This document shows, in pieces, positions 1 to 10,484 of a stretch of 64,000 nt of DNA (the first letter of the stretch is position 1; every line of letters starts with the position of its first letter). The notes beneath the pieces were generated by a model, which was not told the origin of the DNA, made no database searches, and worked only from the letters and a program-made list of their open reading frames with translations. Source of the DNA: Candidatus Coprovivens sp. (GTDB lineage: Bacteria > Bacillota_I > Bacilli_A > RF39 > UBA660); NCBI GenBank assembly GCA_051892935.1, contig JBJFGS010000025.1, positions 80,813-144,812 of the forward strand, in the 5' to 3' direction. The position numbers and the translations under genes are program-made.

Positions 1-108
1 CAACTTATAAACGAATTAGAACAAAGAATAGAAGAACTTTCAGAATAAAAAATAAAGAATGTAGCTTAATGCTACATTTTTTTGTATAATAAAAAAGGTG
101 ATTTATAA

Positions 109-2295
109 ATGAAAAAAGCAGAGCTACTAATACCTGTTGGAAATCAAGAATGCTTAATAGCAGCAATTCATAATGGAGCCGATGCAGTATACCTTGGTGG
201 AAAAAAATTTGGAGCAAGAGCATATTCAAACAATTTCAATGAAGAAGAAATGGTAAAAGCAATAAAATTATGTCATCTATACGGAGTAAAAATATATGTA
301 ACAGTAAACACAATGATTTATAATGAAGAAATAAAAGAAGTATTAAACTATCTAAATTTTCTTTACATTAATAATGTTGATGCCGTAATAATGCAAGATA
401 ATGGGTTAATAGAACTAGCAAGAAAATTAATACCTAATTTAGAAATACACGTTTCAACACAGGCTCATAATCATAACTCTCCAGCAATACAGCACTACAA
501 AGAAATAGGATGTACTAGAGTAGTATTTGATCGAGAATCATCACTAGAATCAATAGCTAATATAACTGTAGACATAGAAAAAGAAGTCTTTATATATGGA
601 GCACTATGTATTTGCTACTCAGGAAACTGCTTATTTAGCGCCTTAAACGGCGGTAGAAGTGCTAATAGAGGAATGTGTGTAGGTTCATGTCGTCTACCAT
701 ATACTTTATACAAAAATAACCAAAAACAAAAAGAAGGATACTTACTAAGTACAAAAGACTTAAATACACTTCCTAATCTTAAAGAAATACTAGATAAAAA
801 GATTGATTCTTTAAAAGTAGAAGGTCGTATGAAAAGCAAAGAATACGTAGCAATAGTAACAAAAACATTCCGTAAACTAATTGATGACTACTACAACAAA
901 AAAGAAATAATCTTTACACAAGAAGATAATGAAAAACTATTACAAACATATAATAGAGAATTTACAAAAGGATACCTATTTAATGAAGATAATATAATAA
1001 ATAATAAAACATCAAATCACCAAGGAATAAAAATAGGTACAGTAATTGGCGTAAATAACAAAAAAATAACTATTAAGTTAGATAAAGATTTATATCAAAA
1101 CGATGCAATTAGATTTGATAAACCAAATAAAGGTATGTATGTAAATACCCTATATAATAATAAAGGACTACTAGTATCAAATATAGCCAAAGGAAACATA
1201 TGCCAAGTAGACAATAAAGAAAGAATTATGATTAAAGACCTACTAGGCAGTAACGTTCTAAAAACAATAGATACAAAACTTAATGAAGAACTAAATCAAA
1301 TAACAGAAAAGAAAATACCTATCAATATAACATTTAAAGCCAAAATAGACGCAAATAGCACACTTTCCATAACAGATAATACAAATACCATAGAAATAGA
1401 AGGAACAATAACAGAAGAAGCTAAATCATCCCCTATAACAAAAGAACGTATTATAGAACAAATTACTAAACTAGGATCAACACCATTTACACCAAATCAA
1501 ATATTAGTAGATATAGATAGAAATATATTTATTAATATAAAAGAACTAAACGAACTAAGAAGACAAGCAGTAGAAAAACTAATAAATAAAAAAGAAGGAC
1601 ATTCCAAATCAGAAATACACCTTAGCATTCCATCTCCAATAGAAAAAATAAGTAATAATCCTAAAATAAGTATCTTAGTAAGAAACGAAGAACAATTAAA
1701 TATAGCACTAAGAAATAATATAGACTATATATATGTAACAGAAGAAAAAATATACCAAAAATATAAAACATATAAAAATATTTATTTAAGACTAAACAGA
1801 GTAATAGAAAATCACCCAGACTATGAAAACGAAAGACTTCTATGTACAGAATTTGGTTCTATAATAAAATATAATAAAAATAATAGCATAAGAACAGATT
1901 ATTATCTAAATGTTGCAAACGATTATACCATAAACAAACTTATTAAATTAAACAGTAATTCTATTACTTTGAGTGTAGAATTATCAATAGAACAACTAAA
2001 AAATATAAAAAATAAAGAAAAATCAGAAATATTAATATATGGAACACCAGAATGTATGATTATTAAAAATAATATATTTAATATAAAAGAAGAAAATGCC
2101 TACTTATTAGATAATAAGAACAATAAATATCCTATAATATATGATAATTATACTCATATCTTCAATCATACCAAAATTAATTTAATAGATAAAATTCCTA
2201 TATTAAAAAACTTTGGCACATATAGAATAGAATTATTAAACGAAAATATAATAGAAACACAAACAATTATAAATAAAATAAAAGATATGTTATAA
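109..2295 (+). CDS. Peptidase U32 family protein (long, collagenase-like / YhbU-PrtC type)
   Basis: N-terminus ELLIPVGN...AAIHNGADAVYLGG..GARA..NF..EE...I..CH..GVKIYVTVNT is the canonical U32 signature. Full-length 728-aa ORF with a Cys cluster. RBS AAAGGTGA upstream. Confidence 0.8.
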   Translation: MKKAELLIPVGNQECLIAAIHNGADAVYLGGKKFGARAYSNNFNEEEMVKAIKLCHLYGVKIYVTVNTMIYNEEIKEVLNYLNFLYINNVDAVIMQDNGLIELARKLIPNLEIHVSTQAHNHNSPAIQHYKEIGCTRVVFDRESSLESIANITVDIEKEVFIYGALCICYSGNCLFSALNGGRSANRGMCVGSCRLPYTLYKNNQKQKEGYLLSTKDLNTLPNLKEILDKKIDSLKVEGRMKSKEYVAIVTKTFRKLIDDYYNKKEIIFTQEDNEKLLQTYNREFTKGYLFNEDNIINNKTSNHQGIKIGTVIGVNNKKITIKLDKDLYQNDAIRFDKPNKGMYVNTLYNNKGLLVSNIAKGNICQVDNKERIMIKDLLGSNVLKTIDTKLNEELNQITEKKIPINITFKAKIDANSTLSITDNTNTIEIEGTITEEAKSSPITKERIIEQITKLGSTPFTPNQILVDIDRNIFINIKELNELRRQAVEKLINKKEGHSKSEIHLSIPSPIEKISNNPKISILVRNEEQLNIALRNNIDYIYVTEEKIYQKYKTYKNIYLRLNRVIENHPDYENERLLCTEFGSIIKYNKNNSIRTDYYLNVANDYTINKLIKLNSNSITLSVELSIEQLKNIKNKEKSEILIYGTPECMIIKNNIFNIKEENAYLLDNKNNKYPIIYDNYTHIFNHTKINLIDKIPILKNFGTYRIELLNENIIETQTIINKIKDML

Positions 2296-2312
2296 TAAAA
2301 ATAGGTGATAGT

Positions 2313-2933
2313 ATGATAGATTTAAAAACTTGTAAAACAAAAGATCTAGACGATATATTCTATGCAACAAAAGAAAGTCAAGGAACTGAAAATGCTATAT
2401 CAGCAATTAAATATGTTTTATTCGATGATGATTCTGTATTAGAAGGAAAAAAACCTGAAGATAATAAATACTTATATATATCATCTACAAATAATGCCCG
2501 AAAAAAAGCTATGTTAATGCAACAAGACGATATAACACATATTTTAATAAAGTATTGCATGTCTACGTTTGGCTTAAGAGGAAAAGATTTTATTGTAAAC
2601 GAAGAAGAATTACTATTAAATCTTCAACGTATAGAAAGACTAGAACTAAGTGCTTATGAAATGATTGAACAAATAGCCTATGCAGCAATAGGAAATATTT
2701 ATAATGCCATAGATCTTCTATATGGCAATCAAAATATTTTTAACGAAATAGTAGATTACATGTTATCAGAAAGATATATCTCAGAGTACAAAGATTCACT
2801 TGACAATTTTTCAGGAATTATTGATAATAATAACATTGATTCAGAAAAACGTTTTGCTTTTTATGATGCATATTGCAATATAGACAAAACATTCGAAGAA
2901 ATAAAAAGAAACAATCCAGATTATATAAAATAG
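2313..2933 (+). CDS. hypothetical cytoplasmic protein (206 aa)
   Basis: Intact ORF, RBS AGGTGA, 17 nt after upstream stop. No recognisable motif. Confidence 0.5.
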   Translation: MIDLKTCKTKDLDDIFYATKESQGTENAISAIKYVLFDDDSVLEGKKPEDNKYLYISSTNNARKKAMLMQQDDITHILIKYCMSTFGLRGKDFIVNEEELLLNLQRIERLELSAYEMIEQIAYAAIGNIYNAIDLLYGNQNIFNEIVDYMLSERYISEYKDSLDNFSGIIDNNNIDSEKRFAFYDAYCNIDKTFEEIKRNNPDYIK

Positions 2934-2948
2934 AAAAGAGTAGAGTTT

Positions 2949-3413
2949 ATGAAAAAAAATAAAAAAGAACTTGATATAAAAGAAAATTTAAAAGATTTAG
3001 GCAAAAAAAGTAATGGATTTTTATCAGAATTTAAGAAATTTATTGCTCGTGGAAACGTAATGGATCTTGCCGTTGGTGTAATTGTTGGAACAGCATTTAC
3101 AAGTATAGTAACAAGTCTATCGAATAATATTTTACTCCCTTTAATAGGAATTGTTATTGGTGGATTTAATTTTAAAGAACTTTCACTTGAATTTACAGCT
3201 TGGGGAAATCCAGTCACATTAAATTATGGTTTATTTATTCAAAGTACTGTAGACTTCCTAATAACAGCATTTTGTGTTTTCGTAATAGTAAAAGTATTAA
3301 ACAACTTATTTAGTAAAAAAGAAAAAAAAGAAGAACCCAAAGCTCCTGTTAAATCAGATGAAGTTAAGTTATTAGAAGAAATTAGAGATTTATTAAAAGA
3401 ATCAAATAAATAA
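2949..3413 (+). CDS. mscL: Large-conductance mechanosensitive channel MscL
   Basis: FKKFIARGNVMDLAVGVIVGTAFTSIV... motif and two TM helices, with a charged C-terminal helix. 154 aa. Confidence 0.9.
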   Translation: MKKNKKELDIKENLKDLGKKSNGFLSEFKKFIARGNVMDLAVGVIVGTAFTSIVTSLSNNILLPLIGIVIGGFNFKELSLEFTAWGNPVTLNYGLFIQSTVDFLITAFCVFVIVKVLNNLFSKKEKKEEPKAPVKSDEVKLLEEIRDLLKESNK

Positions 3414-3471
3414 AAAGTAGATAGAGTAATATGAACTGAACCCCAAAAGTTGGACAGTTTATAAATAGTTT

Positions 3472-4318
3472 CTAATTAGAGGATTGTAACCTGTAATTCA
3501 CGGGAGACAGTCCTTTTAATTTTACTTTAATTCTATCGTAATTATAATAATAAATATAGTCATCAATCGCTTTTATCAAATCATCTAATGTTTTATAATT
3601 ATCCTCTTGGTCATAAAACATTTCTGTTTTAAGTATACCAAAGAAATTTTCCATCATTCCATTATCCATACTATTTCCTTTTCTAGACATACTTTGTTTT
3701 ATACCATTATTTTTTAATCTTTGCTGATAAGATTGATGTTGATATTGCCATCCTTGATCTGAATGAAATATTAATCCTTCTAAATTATTATTTTTATTAA
3801 ATGCTTTATTTAGCATATCATTAATTTGTTCTAAGTTTGGTGATTTAGAAGTATTATAAGAAATTACTTCGCCATTATATCCATCTAATATTGGTGATAA
3901 ATAACATTTTTCACCACGAAGATTAAATTCAGTAACATCTGTATACCATTTTTCATTTGGTTTGTCTGCATAAAAATTTCTATCGATTAAATTATCGGTA
4001 ATTTTACCTATAGTTCCTTTATATGATGAATATTTTCTTTTATTTCTTTTTAACGGTTTTAAACCTAATTTAACCATTATTCTATAGACTTTTTTATGGT
4101 TAACATTATAACCTTAATTTCTTAATTCTAATGTGATTCTACGATAACCATATCTTTCTTTATTATTAATAAATATTTCCTTTATTTTATCATTATTTCC
4201 TTATTTTTATCATCTTTATCTATTTTAGATAAAGTATAATAATATACTGATTTAGCTAAACCAGATATTTTCAGAAGAATCACTAATGGATATATTAGCC
4301 GAAGTTCACTTACAACAT
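3472..4318 (-). pseudogene. IS3-family transposase OrfB (DDE integrase core), disrupted by one frameshift and one in-frame TAA
   Basis: ORF 3472..4077 carries the DDE core (YTDVTEF, HSDQGWQY, ..TEMFY). Translation of 4078-4318 gives the expected OrfB N-terminus (LAKSVYYYTLSK.. then KEIFINNKERYGYRRITLELRN*GYNVNHKKVYRIMVKLGL) only by crossing a frameshift and a TAA stop. Confidence 0.75.
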
Positions 4319-4825
4319 TTACTTTTTCTTCTGTTGTTGATTCTTCCTTGCTTGAACAACGGCTCTCAATTTTTTTGAGTATTCTAGCTCCGCTTTTAAA
4401 TATAAATTTTCTTCTTCCAATCTTTTTATTTTTTCTTTATCTGTTTCATTTTCTTTTTTCTTTGTTACTTTAGGCATAGTTGACCGTCCTCGCTTTCGTT
4501 CAACTATATTATAACCATTTTCTATATAATTTTTAATCCAATTTTGTAACATTCCATAACTTAGTAAACTCATATCCAAAGCAACAGACCATACGGCCTC
4601 ACCATTAATTAAAACTCTATCAATAGCTTCTTGTTTTTCGAATCTTGTATGATTTTTATTTTTACCAGCTCTTAAAATATCTATTCCGTGTTTATCAATT
4701 AGTGCAATTAGATAATTTATTAGACATTTTCTAACTTTATACTTATTTGATAAACTGCATATGGACATTCCATTCTTTTTATCATTATACAAATTTATTT
4801 TATCTTCATAAGTTAATTTTGACAT
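4319..4825 (-). CDS. IS3-family transposase OrfA (HTH DNA-binding, leucine-zipper part)
   Basis: 168 aa, Lys/Glu-rich coiled-coil C-terminus, ends at the AAAAAAG frameshift window typical of IS3 orfAB. Confidence 0.85.
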   Translation of the reverse strand: MSKLTYEDKINLYNDKKNGMSICSLSNKYKVRKCLINYLIALIDKHGIDILRAGKNKNHTRFEKQEAIDRVLINGEAVWSVALDMSLLSYGMLQNWIKNYIENGYNIVERKRGRSTMPKVTKKKENETDKEKIKRLEEENLYLKAELEYSKKLRAVVQARKNQQQKKK

Positions 4826-4900
4826 ATAAAAACCTCGTTTCTATTTTGTCCAAGAAACGGGGTTCATATCAATACTCAAATCTACTTTTTTATTTAATAA

Positions 4901-5812
4901 TTAAACTTTTTCTACTAATTTAATAGATTTATCTACTAAGTAATTAATATTTTCATCTCTACATACTGTATCTTTTTTAGTATGAATTTTATCTATATAT
5001 TCAAAATGCTTTCCTCTAATTACTGAACAAACACCTACACCATTAGTAAAATTAGCTTGATCAGATGGATAAATAGCTCCTTTAGTAATCATATCAGTAA
5101 TAACATTATTATCACTAGTATAAACATCTTTTAACAAATCTACATTTTTAATAGCTTTTTTATTAAAAATAAACATAATTTTATCTCCATCAGAAACACA
5201 ATCAAAATTAATTAGTAGCTTTTCTTTCATAACATCCTTATGCTTAGAAGCAAAAGATGCAGAACCTATAAGTCCAGATTCTTCTAAATCAAACAAGATA
5301 AAAGCAACTTTATCTTTTAAATTATCAGGTATTTTATTAATCATTTCTAGAATAGTTAATACACCAGATGTGTTATCATTAACAGTAGATTTATTTGCTG
5401 GACCAAACATTATTAAACAAACAAATAATATTATAATAAAATCATATATAAGTTCTAATAATAACTCATTAATTGGAAACAAAAATGAAATTCCAATAGT
5501 AATAAAAGCAGAAACAAATACAATTAAGAATAATAATAAAATTTGATATAAAACATAAATAAAAATATTTGTAGGTGTAATAAAATTAGGAACAGGTAAT
5601 ACAGCACAAGTATCATAATGAGCCGTAAATAAAACCTTAGCTTTACTAACATCACCAATAACTATATTTCTACTACCAAAATATCCTTTTTCAATTGATA
5701 TGTCATATTTAGAATCTTTTAATTCCTCTTTAACATAACTAATAAACTCATTTTTTTGTTTTTTATTTTTTCTAACCATATACTTATTTAAAATAGTATC
5801 TTTATACTTCAT
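4901..5812 (-). CDS. M28-family metallopeptidase-like protein with internal TM segments
   Basis: FTAHYDT..., DLEESGLIGS motifs (M28 zinc ligands). Start reassigned to ATG at 5812, behind RBS GGAGGAAG; the ORF-track start at 5917 lacks an RBS. Confidence 0.55.
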   Translation of the reverse strand: MKYKDTILNKYMVRKNKKQKNEFISYVKEELKDSKYDISIEKGYFGSRNIVIGDVSKAKVLFTAHYDTCAVLPVPNFITPTNIFIYVLYQILLLFLIVFVSAFITIGISFLFPINELLLELIYDFIIILFVCLIMFGPANKSTVNDNTSGVLTILEMINKIPDNLKDKVAFILFDLEESGLIGSASFASKHKDVMKEKLLINFDCVSDGDKIMFIFNKKAIKNVDLLKDVYTSDNNVITDMITKGAIYPSDQANFTNGVGVCSVIRGKHFEYIDKIHTKKDTVCRDENINYLVDKSIKLVEKV

Positions 5813-5847
5813 ATAAACTTCCTCCAAAAAAAGAGCAATCATTGCTC

Positions 5848-6018
5848 TTAATAATATATTAACATTCCAAAAATAGATATCAAAGAACCTAAAATCATAA
5901 CAAGAGCCATAATCCAACCAACAATTTTCATTACTAATTTTCTTTTTTGATTGGCAGTCATTTTTTTCTTTTTAGGTTTAATTTTTTCTTCGACTTCATC
6001 TTTAATTTTTTTTGCCAT
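5848..6018 (-). CDS. small Lys-rich protein (56 aa) with C-terminal TM helix
   Basis: Not in the ORF track (<60 aa). Strong RBS GAGGTGA, 7 nt, then ATG. Sequence MAKKIKDEVEEKIKPKKKKMTANQKRKLVMKIVGWIMALVMILGSLISIFGMLIYY. Lies directly upstream of and co-directional with the M28-like gene. Confidence 0.4.
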   Translation of the reverse strand: MAKKIKDEVEEKIKPKKKKMTANQKRKLVMKIVGWIMALVMILGSLISIFGMLIYY

Positions 6019-6102
6019 TTAAAATCACCTCTAACTATATAAACTAAATATAATTTATCATATTTTTCACCTTAAGTAAATAAATTTAATCAGGTGAAAA
6101 AT

Positions 6103-6669
6103 ATGATAAGAATAATATCGAAGTATAAAAATATCTATATATTTCTAATAACACTAGCTATAATCGGTGCAATAAGTGGTTATCTATATTATCAGATTCA
6201 ACCAACTAAAACTAAAGAAGAAATAAAAACAAACGTCAACATCAAAGAAAGCATAAATTCAAGAGTAAATAACTTATCTAAAAACTTAAAAAATAATATA
6301 AAAATATTCTTTTATTCACTATTAATAATACCTATAATAATAAATATCTTTAATATATTTTATAAGCCTTTCGAAATAGGTTTTATTTTTAATTTATTAT
6401 CAAAATATAATATTAAACTATCATTAATATATACAAACATATACTTAAATATTCCTTTTATAATAAGTATCATCCTAACTAGAATAAGTATAACTTTCAT
6501 ATATAATATAATAAAATACATTATAATAAGAGATAATAAATCAAAAGTATTAATAAAAAATACATTTAAAAAATACATTATAATAATAATTATTTCAATA
6601 CTATACGATATATTAATTATCATCACTAGTCCTTATATAAACAGATATTTAATGACATTTATTAAATAA
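6103..6669 (+). CDS. hypothetical polytopic membrane protein
   Basis: Ile/Leu-rich, several predicted TM helices. RBS AGGTGA, 5 nt, then ATG at 6103 (the track's GTG 6094 start lies inside the RBS). Confidence 0.5.
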   Translation: MIRIISKYKNIYIFLITLAIIGAISGYLYYQIQPTKTKEEIKTNVNIKESINSRVNNLSKNLKNNIKIFFYSLLIIPIIINIFNIFYKPFEIGFIFNLLSKYNIKLSLIYTNIYLNIPFIISIILTRISITFIYNIIKYIIIRDNKSKVLIKNTFKKYIIIIIISILYDILIIITSPYINRYLMTFIK

Positions 6670-6700
6670 TAATGTTATAATTAATAATAGAGGTGATGAT

Positions 6701-8368
6701 ATGGAAGCACTAGCTATCAGCGCAGCAAATTTAAATACCATAGAAGAAAACTTAGGAGCAGTTGCCAAAGAATTATCTGGAGTCATAAATAATGTTTCAA
6801 CAGTAAATGATCAAGTAAATAAAGTAGAATCAAAAGTAGAAACACTTAATGACGAAGTAAAAAGCCTAGTTAAAGAAATAAGAGAAACTACTATAATAAC
6901 AAACGCTCGTCAATCTATTATGTATAACAACTCAGAAATAGAAAAAAAATATGGATACTACGATAAAGTAAGAAGAACAACTGAATCCCTATTAGATGCT
7001 ATTGAAAACTCATCAATAAGAAAAAATTCTCTTCAAGAACTAAATCAAGAAATTATTTTAAATAATCCAAATTACTGGTTATCTTCTGCTTTAGCTGCAT
7101 TATCATCATGGTTATTAAACGATCGTACAAATACCGAAAAAGAATTAAATAACGCATTAAAAAAAGATAATAAAAAAACAAGTCTTTTCTTCTGTTTGAT
7201 AAATTTAAAATTACAAAGAACTCAAACATCTTTAAATTGGTTAAATAAATATCTATCTCTTCAAAATCCAACTAAATTAGATAAAGATTTTATAACTATC
7301 CTTGATTTAATTGCAACAGGTACTTTTGGTGATGAAGCCAAAAATACAGTATTAAAAAAAATAAATTTCTGGTTTAATAGTCTTAACTCTGAAAAAGAAA
7401 TACAAAACGAACAAAAAAGCATATGGAGCAATTTTTTAAAAACAAAACAAGATACCGATATAAGAATGCCAAATTTAGAAAACTATTCCCCAGATGTATT
7501 CAAACTAAAAAACAACTTAGCAATAACATCAACTTATATAAATGTCCTTAATCATTTAGAAAACATTATAAAAAGCGACACATCAAATAAAGGAATAAAC
7601 GAAATAATAAATAATTTAATATACGAATACGAATCAAATGAACAAATATATCAAAAAGACAATTTAAAAAATAATCTTATTATAGAATGTAATGGTAATA
7701 GAGAAGAAGCCGAAAAACTATTTAAAAAACAAGAAAGTATTTATAACAATGAAACCAATCTTCTAACCCTTTTAAGCAACATTATAATATATAAAAATTC
7801 ATACAGTATTAGTAATGAAACACAAAAAATAGCTTTATCACTAATGAAAGAATACATCCAAAACGCTATTGAAGAAATGAATGAAGAAATAAGTAAAGAT
7901 AACATCAATATATCAATAGACAAATTTAAAACAACAACCAAAGATGGAAGTAATTTAAAAGAAGCAAAACAAGACTTAGAAGCTTATCTAAGTACGATAT
8001 TTAATGAAGAAGATAAAGATTTAATAATTACTCTTTTAATAATAAATATTCTAGGAATAATAGGAATATTCATAACTTTAAACAGCAAAATTCTTTGTAC
8101 ATTATTAATAATAATAATTCTATTAGGAAATTTCATTTTACTATTTAAATTAAATCAAAGAAATAGGCTAAGAACAAGAGAAAAAAATAAATTGAGAATC
8201 AATATAGGAAATATCCTTGAAAGAGTCTTAGCAGAAACAACAGATTACAACAACTTAATGTTAGAAGACAACGAACATTATATAGAATTAAAAACATATC
8301 TAAACAATCTAGAAGCTGAAAACTACACAAAAAGTAACGACGAAAGAAATATTAATATAGGAGAATAA
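6701..8368 (+). CDS. hypothetical protein, N-terminal coiled coil plus C-terminal double TM hairpin (555 aa)
   Basis: RBS GAGGTGA. Heptad-like N-terminus (VNDQVNKVESKVETLNDEVKSLVKEI). Hydrophobic C-terminal stretches LIITLLIINILGIIGIFITL and LCTLLIIIILLGNFILLF. Confidence 0.55.
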   Translation: MEALAISAANLNTIEENLGAVAKELSGVINNVSTVNDQVNKVESKVETLNDEVKSLVKEIRETTIITNARQSIMYNNSEIEKKYGYYDKVRRTTESLLDAIENSSIRKNSLQELNQEIILNNPNYWLSSALAALSSWLLNDRTNTEKELNNALKKDNKKTSLFFCLINLKLQRTQTSLNWLNKYLSLQNPTKLDKDFITILDLIATGTFGDEAKNTVLKKINFWFNSLNSEKEIQNEQKSIWSNFLKTKQDTDIRMPNLENYSPDVFKLKNNLAITSTYINVLNHLENIIKSDTSNKGINEIINNLIYEYESNEQIYQKDNLKNNLIIECNGNREEAEKLFKKQESIYNNETNLLTLLSNIIIYKNSYSISNETQKIALSLMKEYIQNAIEEMNEEISKDNINISIDKFKTTTKDGSNLKEAKQDLEAYLSTIFNEEDKDLIITLLIINILGIIGIFITLNSKILCTLLIIIILLGNFILLFKLNQRNRLRTREKNKLRINIGNILERVLAETTDYNNLMLEDNEHYIELKTYLNNLEAENYTKSNDERNINIGE

Positions 8369-8370
8369 CT

Positions 8371-8547
8371 ATGAACGAAGAACAATTTAAAAAACTAGAT
8401 ATAGGCAATGAAATAAAAATAAAACCAGCTATTATTAATCTTCCAGAAAAAAAAGATAAAGATAATAAAAATGATGAAAAAATAATAGTCGAACTTCCAA
8501 CATGGAACATAGAACCACCTATAGAAATAAAAAGAGGCGAACAATGA
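8371..8547 (+). CDS. small hypothetical protein (58 aa)
   Basis: RBS GGAGAA 5 nt upstream of ATG, 2 nt after the previous stop. Its stop overlaps the next start (ATGA). Confidence 0.4.
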   Translation: MNEEQFKKLDIGNEIKIKPAIINLPEKKDKDNKNDEKIIVELPTWNIEPPIEIKRGEQ

Positions 8548-8978
8548 CATACGAAGAATGGTTAAATACAATTGAAGAATTAAAACACCCAAACCTAAGC
8601 ATAGATAATCTAAATAAAATAAAAAACACCTCCTTAAATGAAAATATTAATCCTTTATTAATTCCTAAAATAGAAAATTTAGTTAAAGAAAGATTAAACA
8701 ACAGCATAAATAAAATAATTTTAAATCTTAGTGAAATATTTAGCGATATAAACTACTTAGATCTAACACTACTAAATTTTAAAAAAGAAATAAACTATAT
8801 ATTAGAGATAATCTCTATAAAACAATTACCAGAAGAAAAACAAAAAGAATTAAAAGACATGATAAAAGCCGAAAGTAATAATGTAATAGAAATTCTAAAT
8901 AAAGAAGCACAAAAGCTTGATTACACAGGTTCCTTATCATCAATAATAAATAACTATAGAATAAAATGGAGTGAATAA
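8544..8978 (+). CDS. hypothetical protein (144 aa)
   Basis: ATG at 8544 behind RBS AAGAGG, ATGA overlap with the upstream small ORF (translational coupling). The longer track ORF from 8502 overlaps the upstream gene and lacks an RBS. Confidence 0.5.
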   Translation: MTYEEWLNTIEELKHPNLSIDNLNKIKNTSLNENINPLLIPKIENLVKERLNNSINKIILNLSEIFSDINYLDLTLLNFKKEINYILEIISIKQLPEEKQKELKDMIKAESNNVIEILNKEAQKLDYTGSLSSIINNYRIKWSE

Positions 8979-8979
8979 A

Positions 8980-10476
8980 ATGAATTACAATGAAGCAAAA
9001 GAATACTTAAAAAGATATTTAAAAGCAAGAATACCAGTTATTATAATTAATACAGCAGAAAAAAATCGTTCATTAAGATTAATTAAAGAAATTGCCAATG
9101 AAGCAAATATGAATTTTAATTTATATCAAATGTCTCAAGGAATATCTGATTTAAAAACAAATACAATAAAAAGCGAAGATAAAACAATAATGAGTGCCAT
9201 TGATTACATTGTAAACGAAATAAGACACCAAGAAAATAGTAATTTTATCATAAGTGATATATCAGATATATACGAATCAACCACCATTTCAAGGTACCTT
9301 GTAGATGTAATAGAAAAAGCAGAAACCATGTCTGGAGTAATAGTTTTAGTTACAAACGAACCAATTTGGTCAAATATTCAAAGATTAGGAATAACAATCA
9401 AACTAAACTACCCTACAGAATCAGAATTAAAAGAAACAATAATGAACACTATTTCTCCTTATAAAAACCAAATTGAAATAGAATGGGATGAAATAGACTA
9501 TGTAAATGCTGCAACATATCTTCAAGGATTAAGTGAAATGGAAGTAAAAAATATTATCTCATCATTAATTGTAAAAGGTTCAATAAAAAAAGAAGATTTA
9601 AAAGAACTAAAATATGCAAAACAAACTTTATTTAATGAAATAGCAGGGTTAGAAGCTATTGAAGTAGATGATGACTTTCAAATAGCTGGACTAGATAATT
9701 TAAAAGAATGGTTATATGAAAAGAAAACTTTAATGGATCCAGCAAAAAAAGAAGAGCTATCAAAAAGAGGAATTGCTGCTCCTCGAGGAATTCTACTAAC
9801 TGGAGTACCAGGTTGCGGAAAAAGTCTTTGTTCAAAAGCAACAGCAAGTATCTTTAATATTCCCTTATATAGACTTGATTTAGCAACTGTTCAAGGTCAA
9901 TACGTTGGTCAATCAGAAAAACAACTCAAAGAAGCTCTAGATACAGCAGAATACGTTTCCCCTTGTGTTCTTTGGATTGATGAAATAGAAAAAGGATTAA
10001 ACGATTCAAATTCTAGTGTTACATCAAAAATGATTGGCCAATTCCTATTTTGGTTACAAGAATGTGAAAAGCCCGTATTCGTAATAGCATCAGCTAATAG
10101 CGTTGAATCACTACCACCAGAACTAATAAGAAAAGGACGTTTTGATGAAATATTCTTCGTTGATTTACCAAACGCATCCGAAAGAAAACAACTACTAAAA
10201 TTATATTCAAATAAATATTTAAAAGTAGAAATAAGTGAAGAACTAAAAAACAAACTAGTCTCAATAACCGAAGGATTCGCAAGCGCTGATATTGAGGCAA
10301 CAATTCGTAATATAGCATATAAATTAATTGCCAATAAAGATATCGAATTAACAGAAAGACTTATAATAGAAGAATTATCAAAAGTAGTATCACTATCCAA
10401 AACAAATCCAGAAAAAATAGAAAAAATACGAAAATGGGGACAAGAAAGAGCAACCAAAGCATCAAAAGATATATAG
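8980..10476 (+). CDS. Classical AAA+ ATPase with a ~270-aa N-terminal domain of unknown function, no protease domain
   Basis: Walker A GVPGCGKS, Walker B VLWIDEIEKG, second region of homology ASANSVESLPPELIRKGRFDEIFFVDLP (FtsH/Cdc48-clade AAA). No HEXXH. RBS GGAGTGA, 5 nt, then ATG at 8980. Confidence 0.8.
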   Translation: MNYNEAKEYLKRYLKARIPVIIINTAEKNRSLRLIKEIANEANMNFNLYQMSQGISDLKTNTIKSEDKTIMSAIDYIVNEIRHQENSNFIISDISDIYESTTISRYLVDVIEKAETMSGVIVLVTNEPIWSNIQRLGITIKLNYPTESELKETIMNTISPYKNQIEIEWDEIDYVNAATYLQGLSEMEVKNIISSLIVKGSIKKEDLKELKYAKQTLFNEIAGLEAIEVDDDFQIAGLDNLKEWLYEKKTLMDPAKKEELSKRGIAAPRGILLTGVPGCGKSLCSKATASIFNIPLYRLDLATVQGQYVGQSEKQLKEALDTAEYVSPCVLWIDEIEKGLNDSNSSVTSKMIGQFLFWLQECEKPVFVIASANSVESLPPELIRKGRFDEIFFVDLPNASERKQLLKLYSNKYLKVEISEELKNKLVSITEGFASADIEATIRNIAYKLIANKDIELTERLIIEELSKVVSLSKTNPEKIEKIRKWGQERATKASKDI

Positions 10477-10484
10477 GTGATAAA

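Larger units (their letters stand above)
3432..4866 (-). mobile_element. IS3-family (IS150-group-like) insertion sequence, about 1.43 kb, decayed copy
   Basis: Imperfect terminal inverted repeats TGAACTGAACCCCAAAAGTTGGACA (3432-3456) and, reverse-complemented at 4842-4866, TGAACCCCGTTTCTTGGACA. Contains orfA and a disrupted orfB. An A-AAA-AAG slippery site lies at the orfA end. Confidence 0.8.

Noticed and set aside
5-229. Short antisense or overlapping ORFs in the track (for example 5..229-, 615..839-, 2378..2560-, 2921..3217-, 6360..6626-, 7053..7271-, 7741..7941-, 8395..8592-, 8519..8707-, 9656..9847-, 9909..10457-, 10094..10318-, 17098..17403+, 18221..18439-, 18639..19135-, 19998..20198+, 21403..21610, 27339..27596+, 33302..33490+, 35500..35682+, 36855..37055+, 37724..38327+, 39692..39934+, 41601..41828-, 45665..45889+, 46127..46345-, 58242..58460-, 62390..62608+, 63101..63352-)
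   Set aside because: Each lies antisense to or inside a much longer, well-supported CDS. They have low-complexity Ile/Leu/Phe-rich translations typical of AT-rich antisense frames, and none has an RBS.
3429-4869. Target-site duplication flanking the IS3 element
   Set aside because: Immediate flanks (ATA left, TAT right) are not a direct repeat, so no TSD can be asserted.
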